A DNA stretch of 56,058 nucleotides, taken from sequence record DRR378314_232; one strand, written 5' to 3'. Made by a program: the position numbers and the translations under genes. Under the pieces are notes generated by a model. The model ran no database searches, was not told where the DNA came from, and saw only the letters and a list, made by a program, of their open reading frames with translations. Numbering within the stretch: position 1 is the first letter of the stretch; each line of letters opens with the position of its first letter. This document shows positions 9,431 through 17,611 of the stretch, piece after piece.

Positions 9431-10831
9431 ATGGGAAAATGGTTACGGGTATTGCTTAAAATTTTGGGAGTATTGATAATACTCTTGGTTATTCTTTTCT
9501 TTTTTGCGACCAGCACTATTGATACTACACCATATTTTGAAACGGAGTATTATAGCAATACTATTGAAAATATAGAAGAAGCAGTAAAAAATAAAACCGA
9601 TGCCAAAGGCCCGCTACTTGCTGGATTCGCAAGGACAAATATCACCCCAAAAATCACTGGCGGTACTCCGGATCCCACCAAAGGTGAATTCAACAATATT
9701 AAAATGGCCGGTTATGGCAACGGTAAAATTGCCACCAGTGTTCACGATTCCATTTTTGCCAAAGCAATTGCTATTGAAGTAGATAATGAAACTGTTGTTT
9801 TAATAAATGCCGATCTGGTGGCAATCCCGGAAGATGTTGTTAAAAAGGTTACAGACAACCTAAAGGGAAAAATATCCCGAAAGCAGCTCTTTTTTGGGGC
9901 TACCCATACCCATTCCAGTATTGGTAATTGTATGCCCGGTTATGTGGGCAAAAGTTTTGGTGGGGAATATCAACCTGAAGTAGTAGAATGGCTTGGCCAG
10001 AAATTTTCTGTCCTCATTTTACAGGCATTGGCAGACAAACAACCGGCTCAATTTGCTTCAGGCTATGTTAAGGTTCCCAATTTGGTGCGCAATAGGATTA
10101 TAGGGGAATCCGGGCGACTCAATGATAAATTGGACCTTTTATCCTTTATTCAGGAAAACGGCAAAAAGGCTACTATTGGGGCTTTTTCCGCACATGCTAC
10201 CGTAATTGGTACCGATAACGAACAATACACCGGGGATTATCCCGGATACTTTCAACGCCATTTGGAAGAAAATGGAATTGACTTGGCACTATTCTTTGCG
10301 GGTACGGTCGGAAGCCACAGCAATAAAGGAATAGGCGAGAAATTCGAAAAAGCCAAATACATTGGGGAAACCCTTGCCGATTCTGCCCGATCTGCACTGA
10401 ACAAAATGGAATATCAGGCAGATATGGACTTAACGGCGATATCTTCGGAAATAGAAATTCCAAAGCTGCAGTTCCTCTACATATCGGACCGCTTGCGGCT
10501 GTCCCCCTATCTTGGCAGCAAACTGATGCCCAAGATGAACCCTATCCAGGTACAAGGCCTTAAACTAAGCAACCTCATCTGGCTTGCCCTGCCTTATGAA
10601 TTAAGTGGGGAATACGGTCTGGATTTAAAAAATGCCTTGGAACTTCAGGGATATAATTCCGTTCTCAGCAGTTTTAACGGTCAATACCTGGGCTATATCG
10701 TACCACAAAAGTACTATTATTATGACACCTATGAAGCTCGGTTAATGGGATGGTACGGGCCAAGTATGGGCGATTATCTCATGGAACTCAATTTTAAATT
10801 GGCCAATGAATTAACGCATACCAAGCTATAA
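9431..10831 (+). CDS. Neutral/alkaline ceramidase-like Zn amidohydrolase (N-terminal domain family), copy 1
   Basis: AGFARTNITP, VHDSIFAKA, ATHTHSS metal motif, AHAT, GDYPG, LPYE, GYI; N-terminal TM anchor. Confidence 0.8.
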   Translation: MGKWLRVLLKILGVLIILLVILFFFATSTIDTTPYFETEYYSNTIENIEEAVKNKTDAKGPLLAGFARTNITPKITGGTPDPTKGEFNNIKMAGYGNGKIATSVHDSIFAKAIAIEVDNETVVLINADLVAIPEDVVKKVTDNLKGKISRKQLFFGATHTHSSIGNCMPGYVGKSFGGEYQPEVVEWLGQKFSVLILQALADKQPAQFASGYVKVPNLVRNRIIGESGRLNDKLDLLSFIQENGKKATIGAFSAHATVIGTDNEQYTGDYPGYFQRHLEENGIDLALFFAGTVGSHSNKGIGEKFEKAKYIGETLADSARSALNKMEYQADMDLTAISSEIEIPKLQFLYISDRLRLSPYLGSKLMPKMNPIQVQGLKLSNLIWLALPYELSGEYGLDLKNALELQGYNSVLSSFNGQYLGYIVPQKYYYYDTYEARLMGWYGPSMGDYLMELNFKLANELTHTKL

Positions 10832-10841
10832 AACATAAATA

Positions 10842-12407
10842 ATGAAAACTTTAAAAAAGGGATTAAAAATATTTGGAATAAGTATCCTTTTACTCTTATT
10901 GGTCGGGGCATCGGTAGTGATGTACAACTGGCGCGACCGCCATCCGGACTATTCCATCGATCTTAAAATTGATAATAAAACCCCGCAACCCATAAAAGCG
11001 GGATTTGCCAAAAGACCCATTACCCCTACCATTGTGGACACTTGGAACGATGCCAATGGAAACAACAAATACAGCAAGGCCGAAGGCGACACCTATAACG
11101 ACAACAATAACAATGGGAAATTTGATGCTTATTGGATAGCAGGGATGAGCAATGCAAAACCTGCCCAAGGGGTACATGACGATGTTTGGTCCAGGGTAAT
11201 GGTTATCGATGATGGCAATACAAGAATAGCCATGATTTCTATGGATGCCATCGGTTTTTTACATGGCGATGTAATCGATATCAGAAAACGAATACCTGCA
11301 GAGCTGGGAATAGATTACACCTTATTATCCTCTACCCATACCCACGAGAGTAATGACCTTGTGGGCATCTGGGGCGAAAATATCTTCAATTCCGGAGTAA
11401 ATCCAGAAATGATGGAATATGTCAAATCCCAAACCGTTGCTGCCATTACAGAGGCCGCCAATAATCTACGCCCGGCTAAATTAGTTTTTGCCGAAGACCT
11501 TTCCGGGGAAGATGGCAAACTCATCAAAGACACCCGAAAACCTATTGTTAAGGCCACGGGAATACATTTAATGCAGGTTTTGGATGCCGAAAACGATACC
11601 ACCATGGGAACCCTTATCAATTGGGCCAACCACCCGGAAACATTATGGTCGCAAAACTTATTGATCAGTTCGGATTTTCCGCATTATATACGGGAAGCCA
11701 TGGAAAATGGCGTGTACAATGGAGAGGTACAAGTAGAAGAAGGACTTGGCGGGGTGGCCATTTATTTTTCGGGGGCAATTGGTGGACTAATGGCACCGCA
11801 TCCCTCCTTGGGCATTCCAGATTCCTTTACCGGAGAAGAATATTTTGAACCCACTTTTGAAAAAACCAAGGCGCTTGGCGATCAAATTGCATTGATGTCC
11901 TTGGCTGCCCTAAAGCAGAAAGGAGATACATTGGCAAACTCCAATATTTCATTGAGGGCGAAGACCATATTTGCACCATTGAACAATACTACCTTTAAAA
12001 TTGCCAGTGGTATTGGTCTTATAAATATTGGCATGCCGGAATATTTTATATCCAGAACAGAAGTGGGTGCCATTAGAATAGGTCCTGCCCTATTTTTAAG
12101 TATCCCTGGGGAAATATATCCCGAAATTGTATATGGTGGCGTAGAAGCTCCCGAAGGGCGTGAGTTTGACATTCAGCCCATAGAGATACCGCCACTTCAG
12201 GATTTGATTCCTGACAAGTACAAGTTTTACCTGGGTCTTTCCAATGATGAAATTGGATACATCATACCAAAAAGTGAATGGGATACGGGAAAACCCTACC
12301 TGTACAATGATGAAAGCGACACCTATGGGGAAGAAAATTCCTTGGGACCAGAAACAGGGCCGATCATTTATAAAGCCTTAACGGAGGTAATCAAGGATTT
12401 GAACTAA
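10842..12407 (+). CDS. Neutral/alkaline ceramidase-like Zn amidohydrolase, copy 2
   Basis: AGFAKRPITP, GVHDDVWSR, STHTHES, ANHPET, SSDFP, IPGEIYPE, NDEIGYI; N-terminal TM anchor; DxNxNG repeats. Confidence 0.75.
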   Translation: MKTLKKGLKIFGISILLLLLVGASVVMYNWRDRHPDYSIDLKIDNKTPQPIKAGFAKRPITPTIVDTWNDANGNNKYSKAEGDTYNDNNNNGKFDAYWIAGMSNAKPAQGVHDDVWSRVMVIDDGNTRIAMISMDAIGFLHGDVIDIRKRIPAELGIDYTLLSSTHTHESNDLVGIWGENIFNSGVNPEMMEYVKSQTVAAITEAANNLRPAKLVFAEDLSGEDGKLIKDTRKPIVKATGIHLMQVLDAENDTTMGTLINWANHPETLWSQNLLISSDFPHYIREAMENGVYNGEVQVEEGLGGVAIYFSGAIGGLMAPHPSLGIPDSFTGEEYFEPTFEKTKALGDQIALMSLAALKQKGDTLANSNISLRAKTIFAPLNNTTFKIASGIGLINIGMPEYFISRTEVGAIRIGPALFLSIPGEIYPEIVYGGVEAPEGREFDIQPIEIPPLQDLIPDKYKFYLGLSNDEIGYIIPKSEWDTGKPYLYNDESDTYGEENSLGPETGPIIYKALTEVIKDLN

Positions 12408-12499
12408 GTACTCCTTTGAATAAATTTAACCCGTTGGGGATCATTTTTTAATCAATTTCCTATAACTTTAAGGTTCTGTTACGTCCAGCACCTTATTAC

Positions 12500-13879
12500 A
12501 TGTACACCATCATTGATATAGAAACAACCGGAAACGGGATTAAAGGAAATAAGATTACTGAAATCTCCATTTTCAAATACGACGGTTATGAAATTATTGA
12601 TGAATATACTTCCCTGGTAAACCCTGAATGTGAAATTCCCTACTTTATTACTGGATTGACGGGGATCGATAATGATTTGGTGCGGAATGCCCCCACTTGG
12701 GAAGAAATAGCTTCAAAGGTATTGGAAATAACGCAGGACACCGTATTTGTGGCCCATAGCGTAAACTTTGACTACAATGTCATCAAAAATGAATTTCAGA
12801 ATATCGGAATTAATTTTTCCCGCAAAAAACTATGTACGGTACGATTGTCCAGAAAACTTATCCCTGGCCTAAATTCCTATAGTTTGGGAAAATTATGCAG
12901 CTCTTTGAATATTCCCTTAACGGATCGCCACAGGGCGAAAGGGGACGCCCAGGCCACGGTAATTCTCTTTAAAAAACTCTTAAGGACAGATGGTGCTGAA
13001 AAGGTATTTAAATCCTTTCTCAATGCCCGCTCACAGGAAGCAACCTTACCACCACAATTGCCCAAGGAAATTTTTGAAAGACTGCCCAATTCACCTGGTG
13101 TCTATTATTTTAAAGACGCAAAGGGAGCAATAATATATGTAGGTAAGGCCATCGACATAAAAAAACGGGTTCTTGGACATTTTTATGACAAGGCAAACAA
13201 AGAAGTTTTAATGTGCAAGGCCACACACGACATTGATTTTGAATTATCCGGGAACGAGCTTATTGCCCTTTTAATGGAATCGGCAGCCATTAAACAACAT
13301 TTCCCTTTATACAATCAAAGTCAGAAACGCACTTCAACAGAATATGCCATTTTTTCCTATGAAGACAGGAACGGAATACAACACCTGGCGTACAACAAAT
13401 TAAAATTGACGCCCAGCCCCATATCCACTTTTAATACCATAACGGACTGCAGGTTGTTTTTGGAGGAATTATGTAAAAACTACGGTTTATGTCCTAAATT
13501 CTGTCATTTACAGGAAAATATTAGCAGCTGCTCCCATTATAGTATTACCAATTGCAGCGGAATATGCAGGGGAACGGAATCGCCCATGGACTATAATGCC
13601 AAAGTACAAAACGCTATTGAGGCATTAATGGACAAAAACCAAAATTTAGTGATCAAGGAAAAGGGTAGGCACACAAAGGAAGAAGCCTTTGTATTGGTGG
13701 CTAACAACAAATACAAGGGCTATGGATTCTTACCACGGCACGAGCAAATAAATAGTATTGACGCCCTGGAAAACTATTTAGAGCTCCAAAAAGAAAATAT
13801 GGATACCAAACGGATCCTGTCATGGTATTTAAGAAAATACCCTAACAAGGCCATTCACTTCTCTCCACTTTCTATTTAA
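12500..13879 (+). CDS. DEDDh 3'-5' exonuclease (Pol III epsilon-like) fused to UvrC-type GIY-YIG nuclease
   Basis: DIETTG, AHSVNFD, HRAKGDA; then PGVYYF...IYVGKAIDIKKRV and a Cys-rich segment. Confidence 0.9.
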   Translation: MYTIIDIETTGNGIKGNKITEISIFKYDGYEIIDEYTSLVNPECEIPYFITGLTGIDNDLVRNAPTWEEIASKVLEITQDTVFVAHSVNFDYNVIKNEFQNIGINFSRKKLCTVRLSRKLIPGLNSYSLGKLCSSLNIPLTDRHRAKGDAQATVILFKKLLRTDGAEKVFKSFLNARSQEATLPPQLPKEIFERLPNSPGVYYFKDAKGAIIYVGKAIDIKKRVLGHFYDKANKEVLMCKATHDIDFELSGNELIALLMESAAIKQHFPLYNQSQKRTSTEYAIFSYEDRNGIQHLAYNKLKLTPSPISTFNTITDCRLFLEELCKNYGLCPKFCHLQENISSCSHYSITNCSGICRGTESPMDYNAKVQNAIEALMDKNQNLVIKEKGRHTKEEAFVLVANNKYKGYGFLPRHEQINSIDALENYLELQKENMDTKRILSWYLRKYPNKAIHFSPLSI

Positions 13880-13886
13880 AGAAACA

Positions 13887-13929
13887 TGGTCGGGTATTTC
13901 AAATTAATGAAATTCCCGGCCTATTTTTT
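13887..13929 (+). terminator. Rho-independent terminator between convergent genes
   Basis: GGTCGGG-TATTTCA ... TGAAAT-TCCCGGCC hairpin followed by a T run. Confidence 0.6.
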
Positions 13930-14049
13930 CTTACCACTGTTCATCAACATCAATACGGCGGTAACCAGACCAACACAAACGGCGCCAAAAACAGATATCA
14001 TTATAATTCCGTTGCTCCAATTTACTAATGGCAAGTATTGTAAAATCAT
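13921..14049 (-). CDS. Small single-pass membrane protein, 42 aa (absent from the ORF track)
   Basis: ATG 14049 to TAG 13921 gives MILQYLPLVNWSNGIIMISVFGAVCVGLVTAVLMLMNSGKKK: one TM helix with a basic C-tail and its own promoter-like elements. Confidence 0.7.
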   Translation of the reverse strand: MILQYLPLVNWSNGIIMISVFGAVCVGLVTAVLMLMNSGKKK

Positions 14050-14104
14050 AGGTGCTTATTTTAGATTTAGTAGGCTAAAATATACACAAACAGAATTTTA
14101 AAAT

Positions 14105-14118
14105 ATGATAAATATCAC
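14105..14118. promoter_or_regulatory. Fnr-like box ATGAT-AAAT-ATCAC upstream of the 42-aa ORF
   Basis: Matches the TGAT-N4-ATCA core of TTGAT-N4-ATCAA; centred 36.5 bp from the far end of a -7-like element TATTTTAG (14075-14082, minus strand). Confidence 0.5.
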
Positions 14119-14120
14119 TT

Positions 14121-15530
14121 TTAAAGCGTTGTAGGACAAACATAGTCGGTTACCTTATAGCCCGAATTTTTCATTTGATCAAAGCCACCTCCTATATCCA
14201 CTAGGTTATGGATGCCCCTACTTTTTAAAATGGATGCCGCTATAACCGACCTATATCCTCCTGCACAATGTACGTAAAAAGTATCCTCCTTAGGAAATTC
14301 TGCCATATGGTCATTTAAAAAATCCAAAGGGGTGTTGTTCGCATTCTCCATATGCTCGGAAAGGTATTCAGATTCCTTCCTAACATCAAAAACAGGAACC
14401 TCTTTATTATCCAAAGTGTCTTTCAAGTCTTTGGCGGAAATGGAGGTAATGGTATCATATTCCTTTCCAGAGTTCTTCCAGGCCTTGAAACTTCCCTTTA
14501 AATAACCAATTGTTGCATCGAAGCCAACTCTGGACAATCTTATAATTGCTTCTTCCTCCCTCCCTTCCGGAGCCACCAATAAAATAGATTGCTTGGTATC
14601 GGCAATTAGGGCACCTACCCAGGGGGCAAAACTCCCATCCAACCCTATAAAGATAGATCGCGGAACAAATCCCTTTACAAATTCGTCCTGATGCCTTACA
14701 TCCAAAATTACGGCGTCCGTGGCATTGGCTGCCTCTTCAAATGCATCGGGAGACAAAGCGGTAGTACCCCTTTCCAATACTTCCCCTATATCCTCATATC
14801 CTTCTTTGTTCATTTTTACATTGAGCGGAAAATATTTTGGAGGTGGCATTAGTCCTTCTGTAACCTCCTTAACAAATTCCTCCTTGGTCATATTGGCACG
14901 CAGGGCATAATTCATTTTCTTTTGATTGCCCAAGGTATCCACGGTTTCCTTCATCATGTTCTTGCCACAGGCGGAACCAGCACCATGTGCGGGATAAACC
15001 ACAACATCATCGGCCAAAGGCATAATTTTGGTTCTTAGACTATTGAACAATAACCCGGCCAAATCCTCTTGGGTCATATTGGCTGCTTTTTGCGCCAAAT
15101 CTGGCCTACCTACATCACCCAAAAACAAGGTATCCCCAGAAAATATAGCATAATCCTTACCCTTTTCATCCCTTAATAGATAGGTAGTACTTTCCATAGT
15201 ATGCCCAGGGGTATGCAATGCCTTAATGGTGATACCCCCAAGCTTAAATTCCTGACCATCTTTAGCTATGATGGCGTCAAAAGAAGGGTTGGCCGTGGGA
15301 CCATACACAATAGGGGCTCCTGTTTCTTTGGAAAGGGTAATGTGTCCACTCACAAAATCTGCGTGAAAATGCGTTTCAAAAATATATTTTATGGTGGCTT
15401 TATCCGCTTTGGCCCTTTTTATATATGGCTCAACCTCACGTAAGGGGTCAATAATGGCCACTTCTCCTTTACTTTCTATATAATATGCACCCTGCGCCAA
15501 ACATCCTGTATAAATTTGTTCTATTTTCAT
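14121..15530 (-). CDS. MBL-fold persulfide dioxygenase-like protein fused to rhodanese domains (CstB-like)
   Basis: ETHFHADF, HTPGHT, SGDTLF, PAHGAGSACGK; C-terminal rhodanese active site HCAGGYRS. Start reassigned to MKIEQIY at 15530. Confidence 0.9.
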   Translation of the reverse strand: MKIEQIYTGCLAQGAYYIESKGEVAIIDPLREVEPYIKRAKADKATIKYIFETHFHADFVSGHITLSKETGAPIVYGPTANPSFDAIIAKDGQEFKLGGITIKALHTPGHTMESTTYLLRDEKGKDYAIFSGDTLFLGDVGRPDLAQKAANMTQEDLAGLLFNSLRTKIMPLADDVVVYPAHGAGSACGKNMMKETVDTLGNQKKMNYALRANMTKEEFVKEVTEGLMPPPKYFPLNVKMNKEGYEDIGEVLERGTTALSPDAFEEAANATDAVILDVRHQDEFVKGFVPRSIFIGLDGSFAPWVGALIADTKQSILLVAPEGREEEAIIRLSRVGFDATIGYLKGSFKAWKNSGKEYDTITSISAKDLKDTLDNKEVPVFDVRKESEYLSEHMENANNTPLDFLNDHMAEFPKEDTFYVHCAGGYRSVIAASILKSRGIHNLVDIGGGFDQMKNSGYKVTDYVCPTTL

Positions 15531-15703
15531 CTTTATAAATTTATTGGTTTTTAATAAGCCGTCCCAAGAACCACTGGAGTAATTTATCATGTAATATTAC
15601 CATTGGTATCCAATATTCTTTTGGCTCATACCTTATTATTATTTTTTGGGCGGTGATTAAAATTTAATCAAAATATTTTTTAAAAGAAAATCACCTTTAT
15701 TTG

Positions 15704-15748
15704 CAAAGTTAAATAATATAGACCTCCCCGAATGCAACATTAGTTACT
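15704..15748 (-). promoter_or_regulatory. Promoter (TAACTTTG, 15704-15711) with Crp/Fnr-type box (15733-15748) for the MBL-rhodanese gene
   Basis: Exact TAnnTTTG; box TGCAAC-ATTA-GTTACT is a 2-mismatch copy of the palindrome upstream of sulP, at identical spacing. Confidence 0.6.
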
Positions 15749-17464
15749 TTGGTTTTGATGTGCCACCCTCTCCCTAAGCAAGGGAATGGTATTGGGATCA
15801 TCGTGGTAGGCCACGGCTTCCTTTATCTTTACAAAAAGATATTCTTTATGAAGGCTATTGATAATTCCGCTCTTGAATATTATGTCCCGAATGGGTCCAG
15901 TAGCTCCGGCAATATAAAACTCGATGTTTCGGCTGTGGATTTCTTCAATAACATTGATCAGCATGGCAGATGCGCTGGCATCAATATAATTAATGGCTTC
16001 AGCATTCAAAATCACCGCTTTTAAGGAACGGCCCTTTACATTGATGAACTTGAAAAGCTCACTTTTAAAGTAGCCCGAATTCCCAAAATAAAGTTGGGAA
16101 TCGAACCTTACTATCAACAGGTCTGGACGAACCTCGGCCTCATCTCCAAAACGGCTAATATTTTTGTAATAATCGGACCCTTTTATACTTCCCAACACGG
16201 CAAAATGGGGTTTGGAGGTCCTGTACACCATCAGGAGCAAGGACAATAACACCCCCATTAAAATACCTTCTACAATTCCAACGGCAAGGGTAATTAAAAA
16301 AGTTATCAAAAGAACCAGAAACTCATCCCTACTTTGGTACCATAATTTTTTGGGATAGGAAAGATCTATTAATCCAAAAACGGAAACCATAATAATGGAG
16401 GCCAGCGCTGCCTTTGGCAAATTATAGAATAATGGCGTAAGAAATAATAGTGTCAGCGCTACCATAACAACACTTATCATCGAAGCCACGGTACTCTTGG
16501 CACCTGCTTCGTAATTTATGGCCGAACGGGAAAAACTAGCGGTAACCGAATAGGACTGGAAAAATGATCCTATCATATTTGAAGCTCCCAAAGCTATCAA
16601 CTCTTGGTTAGGGTCTATGGTTTCTATCTTATCTTTTTCTTCAAATGCCCTGCCAATGGAAATTGCCTCCAAATACCCAACCAATGCCACTGTTAGGGCA
16701 ATAGGCCATATTTCCCTAACCTTTTCCATGCTAAAACTATGAATACTAAAAGATGGCAGGCCTGCAGGAACCTCACCTACCACCTGAACATCAAAGGCCT
16801 CCAAATCGAAAAAGTAAACAACAAGTGTACTTAGAACAACAACCAACAATATGGCGGGAAATCTATCAAACCATTTTTTAAATGAAACAATAATCAGAAT
16901 TCCTATTATCCCAATCGAGAAATCATAAATATTGGTCTCTGATAAATGCTGAAAAGCATTTATTACCAGCTCGTGAAATTTATTGCTGTTAATGATATCC
17001 GCGCCCAGTAAGTGTTTTAATTGACTAAAAATAATGATTACAGCGGCTGCGGAGGTAAATCCACTAATTACCGGCCTTGACATAAAATTTACCAGAAATC
17101 CCATGCGAAAAAACCCAAATGTCAATTGAAATGCCCCTACCATAAAAGACAGGAACAAGGCCATTAAAATGTAATTTTGCACTCCTGATATGGCCAAGGT
17201 CCCCAATCCCGCAGCCACCAATAGCGAATCCATGGCCACGGGACCTACGGCAATTTGCCTTGAAGTCCCCAAAAAAGCATACATTAAAATGGGGAACAAT
17301 GAGGCATACAAACCATAAACCGGAGGTAGCCCGGCAATCATGGCATAGGCCATACCTTGGGGAATTAAAATTATACCCACGGTTATACCCGCCACCAAAT
17401 CTTTTCCAAAAAGGTTTTTGTTATATTTTGGAAGCCAATCCAAAAAAGGTAAAAATCGCCTCAT
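15740..17464 (-). CDS. sulP: SulP/SLC26 anion transporter with STAS domain
   Basis: DLVAGITVG..IPQGMAYA..AGLPP.YGLY, GTSRQ.AVGP, NQELIALG, C-terminal STAS (LYFGN, YIDASA). Confidence 0.93.
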   Translation of the reverse strand: MRRFLPFLDWLPKYNKNLFGKDLVAGITVGIILIPQGMAYAMIAGLPPVYGLYASLFPILMYAFLGTSRQIAVGPVAMDSLLVAAGLGTLAISGVQNYILMALFLSFMVGAFQLTFGFFRMGFLVNFMSRPVISGFTSAAAVIIIFSQLKHLLGADIINSNKFHELVINAFQHLSETNIYDFSIGIIGILIIVSFKKWFDRFPAILLVVVLSTLVVYFFDLEAFDVQVVGEVPAGLPSFSIHSFSMEKVREIWPIALTVALVGYLEAISIGRAFEEKDKIETIDPNQELIALGASNMIGSFFQSYSVTASFSRSAINYEAGAKSTVASMISVVMVALTLLFLTPLFYNLPKAALASIIMVSVFGLIDLSYPKKLWYQSRDEFLVLLITFLITLAVGIVEGILMGVLLSLLLMVYRTSKPHFAVLGSIKGSDYYKNISRFGDEAEVRPDLLIVRFDSQLYFGNSGYFKSELFKFINVKGRSLKAVILNAEAINYIDASASAMLINVIEEIHSRNIEFYIAGATGPIRDIIFKSGIINSLHKEYLFVKIKEAVAYHDDPNTIPLLRERVAHQNQSN

Positions 17465-17468
17465 TCAC

Positions 17469-17513
17469 CAAATTTAGTATTAAATACCTTATTCCAATGT
17501 AACGAAGGTTACA
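17469..17513 (-). promoter_or_regulatory. Promoter (TAAATTTG, 17469-17476) with perfect palindrome TGTAAC-GAAG-GTTACA (17498-17513)
   Basis: The -7 element is 4 nt from the sulP ATG; the palindrome has Crp-family geometry (TGTAA-N6-TTACA). Confidence 0.65.
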
Positions 17514-17611
17514 GAATTTTGGCCTTTACACACATTACTTCAATTGAAGTTGGCTCTAATAAACATTAAATATTTTATCTTGTACCCTCAATTCAAATAA
17601 ATCCCGGGAAT

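Noticed and set aside
13886-14101. 71-aa plus-strand ORF in the ORF track
   Set aside because: It runs through a terminator hairpin and is antisense to a more protein-like 42-aa ORF that has its own promoter elements.
14121-15530. Metallo-beta-lactamase as an antibiotic resistance gene
   Set aside because: The HFHADF motif, rhodanese fusion and absence of a signal peptide indicate a persulfide dioxygenase/glyoxalase II-like protein.
15531-15590. N-terminal extension of the MBL-rhodanese ORF
   Set aside because: The family-typical start is MKIEQIYTGCL at 15530.
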